A stretch of 64,000 nt of DNA from Novakomyces olei (Eukaryota): contig JADEYG010000009.1 of the NCBI GenBank assembly GCA_016906335.1, positions 744,001-808,000 on the forward strand, written 5' to 3'. How positions within the stretch are numbered: position 1 is the first letter of the stretch; every line of letters starts with the position of its first letter. The translations under genes were made by a program, and so were the position numbers. The notes under the pieces were generated by a model that had not been told where the DNA came from, ran no database searches, and was given only the letters and a program-made list of their open reading frames with translations. This document shows, in pieces, positions 49,829 through 63,331 of this stretch.

Positions 49829-50528
49829 ATGTCTACGATTTCACGTAGTTCCTTTGACTCACAGTCGAGGAATCCGCACTACGCGCAATCTGAATCGAGT
49901 TTTGCTCCTAGCAGTAGTTGGATTGGTGGTGGCACTGTTACAAGCTCCACAGCAGCTGGAGCCGATTCTTCGAGTCGGCGCAAGGCTTTACGTGCCTTTT
50001 ACGGACTGAAAAGCCGTGGGCTAACGGGCGAAGATGAATTAGCCTCTCCCGAATTTAATGCCCAATCTTATGCGGATACTCTGGTGCATACTATGGGAGT
50101 GAAGCAGCTGATGAGGAGAAAAATCCAACTTGTTCATGGTAATGTCTAATAGATCGCGTCCCTTGAGTAGAACTGACCTTTGCAGACACACAGACTATCG
50201 AGGCCGAACGGAAGGCTCTTGTGTATGATAATTACACAAAACTAATTCAGGCTTCAGAGACAGTTAGCAAGGTACTCTTGGCAGCTTAGATAACTTTATT
50301 AATGCTCTATAGATGAGATACGACTTGGAGCAGTTGCGGCCAGGGCTGGAGCGGGTACAGCCACTGCTCGCCGAGATTAAACGTGTCTCCAAGTCACTTT
50401 GCAATGAATCAGAAGTAAAGGAAGAACCAGACTCGAAAGGAGAGCCAGACTCGAAAGAAGAGCCAGACTCGAAAGAAGAGCCAGCTTCGAAGGAACCAGA
50501 CTCGAAAGAAGAGCCGGACATGAAATAG
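49829..50528 (+). CDS. VPS51: GARP complex subunit Vps51 (short form), 3 exons
   Basis: RRKALRAFYGL, LASPEFNAQSY, EAERKALVYDNYTKLIQASET; C-terminal KEEPDS repeats. Confidence 0.85.
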
Positions 50529-50744
50529 GGCTCGGCCAGCTGATAGACCTGCCAATGGCCTCGCTGATCCATCATTCTACCAATCTTTGAAACTACTTAT
50601 CTAAAGTCAGGTTTTTAATTGCCTCAGCCCAAGGTTATCCTATTTGATATCGCACACTACATTTCGTGCTTGATATCCCTACTACACCTACGATTACATA
50701 CGATTACATTCGATTACAGGACACATCCTTGATCAATTCAGTGA

Positions 50745-51851
50745 TCACGCGAGCTCCAAAGGATCTTTATCCTTTGCGCTAACTATCACTGTGCACTGCG
50801 GTAATACTGCAGCCAACTTGCCCTGCATTGTCTTCAAGTATCCACGCTCCGAATTTGAATGGTTACATACAACAACCGAAGTACCGGCGGCCACCATTGC
50901 CAGCAATTCGTGATGTGCCATTTCACCAGTAACACATAGTTCAGCAGTTCCTGGCCGTAATAACGATGCACCTGAGCCAGCACACACAGCCAGCGTTGAA
51001 AACCTGGCGTCCTTTTCCCGGTGCCGATCCGCAAGTGCTACTTGCACGTACTCGAGATCAAGAGCTTTTTTAACATTTTTAATTGCTTGCTGTACGGGGA
51101 AGGGCATCTGCAATTCAGTACGACGGCCCATACCTCCGTTTTCATGGCCGACGACACTGGTCGGTTCAATCGGGGACCGATTTGATTCTTTAACTGCATT
51201 TTGTAGAGTCGCATCGACCAGCCAATCGTTTACGCCTCCTACTGCTGCATCTACTGCAGTATGCGGCGAATAAACGGATACACCTGCAGCAGCGAGTCGC
51301 AGCAACGTTAGCTGCTGTGGATTGCTGCGCGTCAGTGACTTTAGCCCACGAAAAATAATAGGATCTGGTGCTGTTAGTATTTCTTGACGACTAGACCGAA
51401 AACATTGATATTATGATAATTCAAATTTTAGTGTTTGAATAGCTGAGACTAGTCTTTAAACAATTGTAGTACACATTGACTGTCGACAAAACAAAAATAT
51501 TTAAATAAAATTTAAATAAAAAAGAAAATGGGTGAACTAAAGTGCCGTAATTGAACGATGAAATCAATTCGAGAATAAGTCTGTAAAAAGCCCAAAATTG
51601 TTCAAATCCAGGGGACATAGTTCAGCAAAACACGTACGATAAGCGACAACAAGACCGACGTCTGGCGTATCCAAAGCTTCATCGGCGACGGCAGTTGTCA
51701 GGTCAATAGCGAGTAATAAAGACCGGGCGTTAGACCGTGTAAATGGCGCCTCCAGCAGCAAGCCGGTATTGTCCCATGCTGAAGCAGCCAAAGCACGTGG
51801 ATATACGGACTCAATGGCCCGAACTGCTGTTGCACACCAGCCGTTGCTCAT
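50745..51851 (-). CDS. NIF3: NIF3/YbgI-family dinuclear metal protein, 2 exons
   Basis: AWDNTGLLLE, LLAIDLT, VAY|HPIIFRGLKS, YSPHTAVDAAVGGVNDW, AVCAGSG, TGEMAHHE, HSNSERGYL. Confidence 0.93.
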
Positions 51852-52243
51852 ACTAGAATTGACGAACGTTAAGTTTATCGGTCACTGTTAATAATACATG
51901 ATAAGAATTGCATTAGATTAAGATTGTAATTTATATAATATAGCTATGACGACGATCGCGCCTATAATTTGCTAATTAGATTTAATTAATTATTACTCTT
52001 TAAATTTAATTAATTATTACTCTTTAAATTCAATTAATTAATACTCTACGCTACCTTATTATCACGAATTATTATATCGTCTGGTTTTTTACACTGATCA
52101 CCAATTTCAAATTTTTCTTTAAACGAATAATTAACCAATTTTTCTACTTTTGATAGCAAAGAGTTTTACATTGCATTGCAGTGTGCAAAAGTACGGTGGG
52201 TGCTGCGACCGTACGTGGTGGCCGGAGGAGGATTGCAAACGTC

Positions 52244-53925
52244 ATGGAGGACGATATTGAGGTATACTTTTGCGCCTATTGTTTTTTTGACTTGAAAATC
52301 TAATACTGTCCAGGGCCGTCTGCGCTCGCATAATCATGCGTTTGAGAATCTGTTATCATTGATCCCTTCAAACATGTATTATGCAGAGGACACATCGGTA
52401 GGTTTGCAATGCAAGTTTTATGTTTATTATATTGTTTAGATATTTGGTTGTCTGAAGTGCTTGTCACCGCAGGTTACCGCAGGCTTTTACCATTTATCTT
52501 GTTCCTTTGATTCAATCTTGCTGGAATATTTAAATTTAAATTTTTAATTTTTATATTCATTTTTATATATTGCAAACATGACTGTCGCTTACAAGCATTC
52601 AGAATCAATGGCGGAAACGACGGCAATCAAAACAGGCCAAAAAGGCGGCCAAGAAAGCCCGTCTTGACCCGGACGGAGGAGACGGATCTGCACTGGATAC
52701 TCGTCGAAAGCAGCAAGTCCAGAAAATCCAGACGGAAAGCGAAGACGATGGTGATGATAAGAGACAAAATGGTGTTGATGGCGGGGGAAATGGGGACGTG
52801 CAGGCTAACAAAAAGCAAGAGCTTAGTGTCAAGGAGCCGGAAACCCCCGTACAAAATGGTGTCTCTCCCGCGAAGAACGTTTCTGCTTCGTCACAGGATA
52901 CAAACAAAACAAAGCCTGTATTACAATCAAAACGAAAACATGAAAGAACGCAATCTAATACGAATGGAGAACAAGTGCCAAATAAACGCACAAGCCAGAA
53001 TTTTTCTAATGAGGATAAATCGGCTAATAAGAATAATAAGAATATAAACAGTGAACCCCAAAATTTTGTTGAAAACGGTGCAGAAACTGAAGATGTTTCT
53101 CAACCGCGAGAATCTGAGGCTGACGAAACCAAAACTATTGATTCAGACACAGCGCAACAAGAAAACTCGAGACCTGGTATTGCAGAGCTGCGGGAGCGAC
53201 TAGCACAAAAAATTGCATCACTACGAGCTGAGCGTAAGGCTCCCGCTAGTTCTCGTTCGGGCGACACGAATGCGTCTCAACAGACACGTGAAAGTATTTT
53301 GGAAGCTCGTCGCTTAAAATTGGAGAGGCAAAAAGAACGACGAAGACAGGAGAAGAAAGAGGCGGCCGAGAAGGCTCAAAAGACCAAAGAAGAGCAAGAA
53401 GAGTCTTTTAAACAAGACGAATCTCAGTCTTCTTCAAACAAAGACCGAGACAAGGCCGATCATTCTATTTTGTACGGTCGATTCACAGACTCTGAATCGG
53501 AACAGAAGAAGACGCGTCGCAATCCAGTTGATGCTAAAGGCGCCCTTAAATCAGTTCAAGCAAACAAAGAAAGAGTAGCAAAGTACGATGCAGAAAAACA
53601 GGCTCAAATACGGCAGTCTGACGCATGGCATTCTGCCCTATTAGCAGCTCGGGGGGACAAAGTCCGTAACAACGAAACATTGTTGAGTAAAACAGTACGG
53701 CGTAAGGAACAGCAAAAGCGCAAAAGTGAGAAACAGTGGGCTGAGCGTTTGGAGCGTGTAGAACAAGGGAAACAGAGCCGTCAAAGGCGGAGAGACGAAA
53801 ATTTGCAAAAAAGGAGTGACGCTAAAAAACGAGGAGTTCCTGACAATCGGGCTTCAGCCAAAGCGACGACTGGGAAAAAGCGTGCGCCTAGAGCTGGATT
53901 TGAAGGATCGATGAGGACACGTTAG
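52244..53925 (+). CDS. RRP14: Ribosome biogenesis protein Rrp14/SURF6, 3 exons
   Basis: RLRSHNHAFENLLSLIPSNMYY, KKARLDPD, LRERLAQKIASLR, GDKVRNNETLLSKTVRRKE, terminal RAGFEG. Confidence 0.9.
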
Positions 53926-54150
53926 CGGCATATAGAATGGTTTCTTTGGATCTTGTATTCATCATACGAGTAATATTATTATGTGGACATAATTATATTA
54001 TATTATGCAGATAATAAATAGTCGAGATTGTATTGATATGGATATTATAATCACAAAACATTTACGATTACCGATGATTCTGTGTGCACAATCGCGATAC
54101 TATTAACTGAATTTTCTCCATTTCCAATGAACGCCTTTTAAACATCTTTT

Positions 54151-55811
<1,661 letters not shown>

Positions 55812-56154
55812 TATGGCGTGTGCTTGCGCGTCTACGCTGACGGCAATTTAATTCAATTAAATTATCAGACGCACAGAATAACAATTTATTCGAATTATTG
55901 TGCCAGTAAATATAATATAGCTCAAATATAATTTATAAAAAAAAAAGGGAAAAAAGGGGGGAAAAAAAAAAGAAAGAAGGAAGGAAAAAAAGATCTAATT
56001 AAGCCATACTAATACAATCATTGTACTACTAATAATCCATTTAGTATATGTACGAAAAGTACGAGTTCGCCTACAAACTGCCACGGCGCGTGACAAACGC
56101 GACATGTACAAGTGCTAAGCGTTAATTGATGCATAACCTACGGCCTCCGTCCTA

Positions 56155-56757
56155 TCATAAAATCCCCTTTGCGTGTAATATATTTCGTAAACTGCGAGCT
56201 GTAAAGCCCAGGTACTCTGCAGTATCCTGTGCCGCAGTATCAGCGCGCTCCAAATCGTTTAAACGATTATCCAGAAAAGTGTAGGCTTCGGTCGGATTGG
56301 AAAGTAGCAGTTCTGCCCCGGCATAAGCACCGCCGAGAGCTGCAACTCTCGAGCAGTTAAGTACTGATGGAGAAGTAGAAAGTCCAGCCAATCGCAGCAT
56401 CAATGCACTCTGAAAAGACAGTTCGCGAGCAGCTCGTGGTACGTTGTGTGGCTGAGCCATGTGCGCAAGAGCTTCAGGCCAATGTGCTGCATATCGAGCG
56501 GTACCATCAAGGCGAGCCCTACAGATTTCGTGTAGTCGGGGGTACGACACATTCGAGGATGGAGGAAACTTTGCGATGAGAGAGTGCTGTTGCTCCGTCC
56601 AAAAGTGCTGAATTAAAGCGGCTGCCGGGTCTGGGAAAAGATGCTGCGTCACTGAAAGGTAACCTGAATCCCGGCATCCATTACGTATAGCGGCAGCTGT
56701 AAAGCCGCACGCATCTACGTGCCTTAGAGCGGCTTCTAACACGGTGCGTTTGATCAT
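56155..56757 (-). CDS. COQ9: Ubiquinone biosynthesis protein Coq9
   Basis: VLEAALRHV..CGFT..AI..G..DSGY, WPEALAHMAQPHNVP; fungal Coq9-like C-terminus. Confidence 0.78.
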   Translation of the reverse strand: MIKRTVLEAALRHVDACGFTAAAIRNGCRDSGYLSVTQHLFPDPAAALIQHFWTEQQHSLIAKFPPSSNVSYPRLHEICRARLDGTARYAAHWPEALAHMAQPHNVPRAARELSFQSALMLRLAGLSTSPSVLNCSRVAALGGAYAGAELLLSNPTEAYTFLDNRLNDLERADTAAQDTAEYLGFTARSLRNILHAKGIL

Positions 56758-56872
56758 TGTGTGGCACTAACCCAGAGATTTGCGCGACAATGAACAGAAT
56801 TTGCCTTATAGGGTTATATACCCAAAACTTTCTATTTCCTATTATTTTCACGCTCGATATAGTCTATTAGAA

Positions 56873-56970
56873 GCAGGTATGTTCCGAGTGGTTTAAGGAG
56901 TTGCACTTAAGGTTTATCCAGCTATGCAATGCTCGTTAAGAGTTCGTGGGTTCGAACCCCACTGCCTGCA
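56873..56970 (+). tRNA. tRNA-Leu(UAA) with a 12-nt intron (56912-56923)
   Basis: Acceptor GCAGGTA/TGCCTGC, anticodon arm TTGCA-CT-TAA-G^A-TGCAA, long variable arm GCTC/GAGT, T-loop GGTTCGAACCC, downstream T-run. Confidence 0.93.
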
Positions 56971-58743
56971 TCATAATTTTTTGTTTTTTCAATTAGGCAA
57001 TCGTTTGTGGATAAAACTATTGGGTTCAAAAGGGTTGGAGCTAATTAGATGTGTTTGCAGAATGCCTCTATATAACGCAGCAATAGCCACTAAACTCAAC
57101 AAGCGCCTTAATCAATTGTGCATAACACAATTGGTTCATTTGCCTCAAAAATTGCGAACAAAAAATGGTTGTTCTTTAACTACTGGATATTTATATCCAC
57201 TAAACGCAAATGCAATTCAGCGTCTATCTCTCTGCGCTTATAAGTCGTTTAAAACACGTCACTACTAATTGTCCATTGATCGGTGAATACTTTCGAATAA
57301 CGTAATAAAACATAAATAATGGTCCAATCTCACGCTACGGAGTAGAAACGCGTATGCGATTAGTAGGAGAATTTTAAATTAGCGTAAATGGCTTGGCCTA
57401 TGGAATCCAATCACAACAGACAGGCAAAGAGCACGGATCACGGGAATAAAGCACGTTGGCCGTCGACTTTTGTGGTACACCGCATACTTTTCTGCAGTGT
57501 ATAGGCGACAAAAGGTTGCACACACACCAGTATATGAAAACCGCGGAGTTGTGAGTCAGGCTACATAGTACGTACATACGGCGGATAGTATTATATAGAA
57601 GAACAGAAATTTCAAATTCATTTAAGCTCGTTCAGACTCATCCACGTAATTGCAGCTGCGTATGAGGCACACCGACCAATCTACAATCAATAGCGACAGA
57701 GTGACTCCGCTCTGCTTGGCAGCAGTGGCACGAAACTTTGGTTAAACCCTAACCCCATACATCAGTGACCACTCGTGTCCGGCAGTAGCATAACTTGTAA
57801 CGCAGGCAAGGGGAACACAAATCTGTGCTGGCAGCGTTACGCACATGTTATACGCAGTACTGTCACGCACACAATAATTCTGCAAGCGCAAGAGTACTGC
57901 TGCATCCATCAAAAGTAGGAACAAAACCTTTTATGACGGCCGTTCGAGTGTGACTTTTAAATTGTTGTTGGAGTCTGTTTGCTGACCTTTATCGCTGCTG
58001 TCCCTTGGGTGTGTGCGGGTACTTTGGTGTTTTGTGTGTGTTTGCCTGTTCCTTTTCCCTGATCCATCACTCTTCTCCGATCAAGTTCCCACTGCGACTC
58101 CCGCAGCATTCGGGCACCGAATAGGATAACGTCAGTTCGAAACTGATCTTGTGCCGGCAGCGTTTGATTCGTGTTGCCTCTTGTCCCAGGGTTTTCTCAG
58201 TGTCCTTTATCCCGTTTGCCTGCTGTTGCTGTAAACGAGGGAAAAAGGGATAGATCGGTGAGAGAGCCTCATTCAGCTGAATCATATTCCTCTCTCCTCT
58301 GAACAGCACCGTTCACCAACCCCGCCTCTCCCTCGGCCGGATCGGAAACAGTCGACAGTACGAGTCGTCGAATCCTCCGCCGTTTCAAGGGGTTATATTT
58401 ACGTATTGCGCTTTGATCCTTTTCTTTAAAGACAAGATCTACTTCACCTTCTTTCCGCTCGTCTCCGCGGCCGTTTAGATCGCCGCCTACGACTGCCGCC
58501 AACACGACGACTTCTTCCCGTTGGCGCCGACGCTCGCGATCTCGTTCGCGTTCTCTTTCTCGATCGCCTCCTCCTTCTCGACGGGCTCCTCGTTCCAGAT
58601 CGCCCTCTAGACGATCTCCTCCTAGAGCTTCTTCTCCTAGAGATTCTTCTCCACACGGGTACTCTTTTCGTCGCCGTAGATCTTCTTCTTCTTCCAGATC
58701 TCCTCCTCGAAGACGCCAATCCTTTTCACGCGCTAATCGTGAT

Positions 58744-59931
58744 ATGTCTTCCTCCACCCGTGAACCTTCCCAGCAAGACCGACGCGTCTATGTCGGCAAT
58801 TTGTCGTATGACGTTCGCTGGCAGCATTTGAAAGATTTCATGCGCCAGGCCGGTGAAGTCCTTCACGCAGACGTTCTTACTCTGCCCAACGGCATGAGCA
58901 AAGGCTGTGGTATCGTGGAATACGCTACTCCATCTGAGGCTCAGCGTGCTGTTGAGACTCTGAGCAATCAGCCTTTCATGGGCCGCCTCGTTTACGTCCG
59001 TGAGGACCGTGAACAGGAGCCCAGGTTCGGTCCTACTCAGGGCGGCGGAGCAGCTGCAGGAGGCAGTTCCCGATCTGCTGGAGCAGGCGGATCTTCTGCT
59101 GGAGGATTCACCGGCAGCTCTTACCGTGGAGCCGCTTATTCCTCCTCTGCTCACAGCGCTCCCTCTGCTGGAGGAGACTCTGTTGCTGGCCGCCAATTGT
59201 TTGTACAGAACCTGCCTTACTCTGTCGGCTGGCAGGATCTAAAGGACTTTTTCCGCCAGGCTGGGCAAGTTGTTCGTGCAGACGTTCACTCTGGACCTGA
59301 CGGCCGCTCAAAGGGATCCGGAATTGTTCTCTTTGATTCTGCTGCCGATGCTCAAAATGCTCTTTCTACTCTCAACGGAGTCGACTGGCACGGACGGCCG
59401 ATTGAAGTCCGTGAAGACCGGTTTGCCTCTGGAGCATCAGGCGGATCCTCCTTCCGCTCTGACCGAGGCGGATCCAGTTTCCGTGGCGCCGGCGGTGCAG
59501 GCTCTAGTTACAGAGGCTCCGCCAGCGGCTATGGCCGTGGAGGCCCTGCAGTTGAGCAAAACGAGTTTACTGACGATGCCTTTGGCGGAGGAGAGCCTAG
59601 TGATACTATCTTTGTAGGCAATTTGCCCTGGGCTACTAGCAATGAGGACCTGGACGATCTTTTCCGTACTGTCGGCCAAATTGTTCGTGCAGAGATCCAG
59701 CTGGAGCGCAGTGGCCGTTCTCGCGGATCAGGCGTTGTCCGTCTCGGCGATCCTGCAGCTGCCCAGCACGCAATCACCCGCTTTAATGGATACGTATACG
59801 GGAACCGTCCCCTTAGTATCTCGTTTGTAAGGTACGGTGGAGCTGGACCTGCTGTAGGAATCCCCCCGTCGGCTCCTGCTGCCGAACAGGCTACAGATTC
59901 TGCTTTGGATGGCAATGCTATGGTCGAGTAA
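58744..59931 (+). CDS. GBP2: Three-RRM SR-like mRNA-binding protein Gbp2/Hrb1 (AUG-initiated form; frame open further upstream)
   Basis: RRVYVGNLSYDVRWQHLKDF, LFVQNLPYSVGWQDLKDFFR (pseudo-RRM WQDLKD), TIFVGNLPWATSNEDL...YVYGNRPL; RGG-like linkers. Confidence 0.9.
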   Translation: MSSSTREPSQQDRRVYVGNLSYDVRWQHLKDFMRQAGEVLHADVLTLPNGMSKGCGIVEYATPSEAQRAVETLSNQPFMGRLVYVREDREQEPRFGPTQGGGAAAGGSSRSAGAGGSSAGGFTGSSYRGAAYSSSAHSAPSAGGDSVAGRQLFVQNLPYSVGWQDLKDFFRQAGQVVRADVHSGPDGRSKGSGIVLFDSAADAQNALSTLNGVDWHGRPIEVREDRFASGASGGSSFRSDRGGSSFRGAGGAGSSYRGSASGYGRGGPAVEQNEFTDDAFGGGEPSDTIFVGNLPWATSNEDLDDLFRTVGQIVRAEIQLERSGRSRGSGVVRLGDPAAAQHAITRFNGYVYGNRPLSISFVRYGGAGPAVGIPPSAPAAEQATDSALDGNAMVE

Positions 59932-60405
59932 GCGTTTGCAAATGAAAAGAAAAGGGGCACAAATGGCCCTTGTTCGTTGTCAAATCTTGAATCAAGTTTT
60001 GCTCTAGTTTAATTTTGTTGGTAATTCCTGCACCTATTTGTTTCAAATGCAGGTTTATCGTTATTATTACGCTTTTATTTCAATCTCAATAACTGCTCTT
60101 TTTGTTTTTGTCCTGACTGATTTCAATTTTACCTCTTAAAACAATTACCTTAACCTACGTTTGACAGAGTACGAAAAGAAATAGTTTTTATGTTTTCCAA
60201 ATCGTCTTGCCAATAGACCGTAAATTGGGGGTAAATCATGTAATCAAATATATAATTAATCAATCGATAAACTACTTCAAACTGGGCACGGCCAGTGGCC
60301 AGCCGTAAAATAAGTGATAAATTTAAAAACATAAAAAATAAATAATAATATATAAAGAACCCACTCAAACTACTCCCCAAAAATGCTCAATATGCAGTCA
60401 TAGTA

Positions 60406-62011
60406 TCACGATTGAAACCGGTCGGGCAGTAATACGGGCGCAACACAGCTCCAAATATAAAGAGCATGACAAACCCAGGCGCTTAGGGCTTTGACCCAAA
60501 CAACAGCAAAGCTTCGACCAATAACAACAAAAGGCGAATTGTCATTGTCGTCACCGCCAGTATTAGGCTTGCGATTGCCATTGTCCCGGTGCAATACGTT
60601 CCACCCCGTCAGCAAGGCGGCCACGTAGCAAGTGGCCAGAAAGAAAACTACGTGGAAAAGAGAGTAATGGTACTGGACATGGCCCTTTTCATCATCAACA
60701 ACATCGTCGCTTGCCTCCTCATCATCGTCTTGGTCACCAGAGGAAGACTGATGGCTGTTTAGAGCAGACGCCGGTAAAGCTCCGCTCTCAATTGCTGCCA
60801 ACAAGGCTTCCTGCCGCATACGAGCCCGCTCTGTCGGCTCTGACGTGACGAGATCATGCTGGTTCGAATCATCAGCAGCCAGCGATCTTTCTGGCCCTTC
60901 CAGACGAATAGCACTGCCTGTAGTGGCGGCCCGGGTAGTTGAATAAGCAATAGCAGCAAAAGTGAAGAGGGCGCCGACCACGGTAGTGGCAGTCTGACTC
61001 GAACGCGTTATGGGATTGCAGGTTCTGTAGGGCGGAGCACTCGACAGAGCAGAAAGGGTCAAATACGTAGTGTAAATGCAAACCATCCCAGACTGTGCGA
61101 TACCTGAGGCCGGATTGAATTCCTGCACTATTGGGTGGATGCTAGTGCCGGTGGAAACAATGCAGAGAATCAAGTTTATTGTAACAAAAGCCTGGTTCAT
61201 GCTGCAGCTTTTACGGGCAAAAAACACGTAGAGAAGGACTGTCATTGTCAGGGCGCCGGCATACATGCCCAGTGTCGATCCGACAAGGGCAATTTGCCAG
61301 CGGCGGCTGCTGCTGCTGCCGCTACTGGCCTCAATCCGCCGAAGGCAGTTTTCTGCCCACGAGTGAGCGCAGTCAATGAGCAGGAAAAGGCCAAACAGAA
61401 TAAAGAGGACAGATCCAAGTATAGCGACGTAGTTTCCCCAGAAGATGAAAAAGCCGTTAGGGATGAAGAAGGAGACGACTACCAGCAGTGCCCACAGCAC
61501 GAGCTTCGGGCCCCATAATCCATTCTGCAGGGAAGCCCGCTTGTCCCTGCTCGTGTATACTCCAACAAGCGTTAGGGCTAGGGTTAAGTGGAGCATGCCG
61601 AGGGCGAACCCGAACCGCTGCACTGCCAGCACTCCGTAGCATTCGCCGCGCGGGCATTTTACGTGCAGGTACCCTCGCATTATCGACTCGAGCTGCCGTA
61701 CGGCCCAGCCAGAGAGCATTATCCAGGAGACAATACTATTAAAAAGCAGTAGTAGCGCATAAGCGGCCCTCGTCATTACAGACGAGGCGCCGACTACGCG
61801 GCCGAGTCCGCCGCATGATTTGCAAAGTGCAGTGCACTGTGAATTAGCGTTGGCAGATCTAAAAAAAAGAAAGAAAAACGAAAAAAAAAAAGAACGATAT
61901 GAGGCAGTGCTGGAGACTTACAGCTGCCGCTCCACAAAACGAGGCGACCCAACTTCCTGCGGCCGTTGCTATAGGCAGCGCTAACGCTGGGATAGATAGT
62001 GCGAGGCCCAT
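60406..62011 (-). CDS. TMS1: Serinc/TDE family membrane protein Tms1, 2 exons
   Basis: MGLALSIPALA...SFCGAA, TRAAYA, ECYGVLAVQR, QNGLWGPK, LLIDCAHSWAE, WSCVAPVLLPDRF. Confidence 0.93.
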
Positions 62012-62469
62012 CGAGTGTAAGCCGATGTTGTAATGCCGTAATTTATATTAACCATTTAATTTGTATAACTTTAGCCATAATATTGGGGATGGAAAGGTTG
62101 GTATATGATTTAGATGAAATGATTTAGAGAGAATGATACAGAGAAAATAATAGAGAAAATGATACAGAGAGAAACTATACAAGAACAGTTTACAATAAAC
62201 AGTCAAAAACTAGATTAAGGCGGCGGCGTTCAAGTGACGTACGAGCCGGTTACTGACCTTTAAATTCGATTTTACAACATTTGCTGCGAGTTTCATTCGC
62301 AAGTTATATAAGAACATAGACAGAATATAGATGTATAAGAATATATAAGAATATAGAGGGTCAAAACTGTAAAACTGGTACAATCCAATTGGACCGAATA
62401 CTAACTGTAATAGACGTAATGCTCAGATGTACAACGACCACTTTTCAGTACGGGGCGAAATACAATAAT

Positions 62470-62568
62470 TAAAAAAATAAAAATAAATACAAAATATAAA
62501 ATATAATAAAATATAATAAAATAAAATAAATAAAATAAAATAAAATAAAATAAAATAAAATAAAATAA
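62470..62568. repeat. (AAAAT)n-rich tract in the TMS1-CBP6 divergent intergenic region
   Basis: Direct reading. Confidence 0.85.
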
Positions 62569-62678
62569 TTCTGGTATTTGCCTACAACCAACATATTGAA
62601 CAGTTACTAAATATTAAACATTTAAATAAATATTAAACCGTCAAATCATTTTGATCCCCATATCAACCGTTGATTCCG

Positions 62679-63023
62679 ATGGTGCGAGCGGTATCACGAG
62701 AGTTTGTGAAACAGTGCCGCGCACTGCTCCAGCAATGGCCGCACGACGCTGTTCGGCCTTCAGTGCAGTTTGGCGAAATAGTCGGCAGAGGCTTAGGCGA
62801 AGGAGGCGCCGGTGAATTATCGCCTTTGGAAAAGCGACAATTGAAATCGCTTACTGTCCTTGCGTCTTCAAAGTACTACGCGCGTTACCGATTGTCCGAC
62901 AGGATGTTGCACCCGCCGTCTTACCCAGAGTATTACTCTGATATTATTACAAAAGTGCGTCCTGCGAGGGATACGAGATCAGTTTGGAGCAAAGTGCGTG
63001 AGGCTTTACGGTGGACTGAATAA
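62679..63023 (+). CDS. CBP6: Cytochrome b translation/assembly factor Cbp6 (UQCC2-like)
   Basis: Small basic protein with WPHDAVRP, QLKSLTVLASSKYYARYRLSDRMLHPPSYPEYY. Confidence 0.72.
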   Translation: MVRAVSREFVKQCRALLQQWPHDAVRPSVQFGEIVGRGLGEGGAGELSPLEKRQLKSLTVLASSKYYARYRLSDRMLHPPSYPEYYSDIITKVRPARDTRSVWSKVREALRWTE

Positions 63024-63331
63024 GGCGTTTCCGGACAAAGTGGGGTTGCCCGTTACCGGGTTAATTGATCTTTCTACAAATGCTTTTGCACTTGTTGTAA
63101 CTGCAGTCTAGTGCATATCTTGAGCGTTTTCCATTACATGCAGTCTATGGTACTCTGCAATAGTATTATATAATGTCAAAAGACACAGAGTAGACGATGA
63201 ACGGCCAAATCGATCTTACTCGCCTACGCCTACGCGTCCATAGACTCTACATTCAATGATTATTTTCACAGACTATACTATATAGTCGCGGTGTATATGC
63301 TCCATTATGTGTATTTACAAGCAAACGTTCA

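Noticed and set aside
56924-57268. 114-aa ORF starting inside the tRNA gene
   Set aside because: Overlaps tRNA-Leu and has no protein features.
58269-58757. Minus-strand Arg/Glu-rich ORFs overlapping the GBP2 leader
   Set aside because: Best explained as the antisense shadow of the plus-strand RS-coding sequence.
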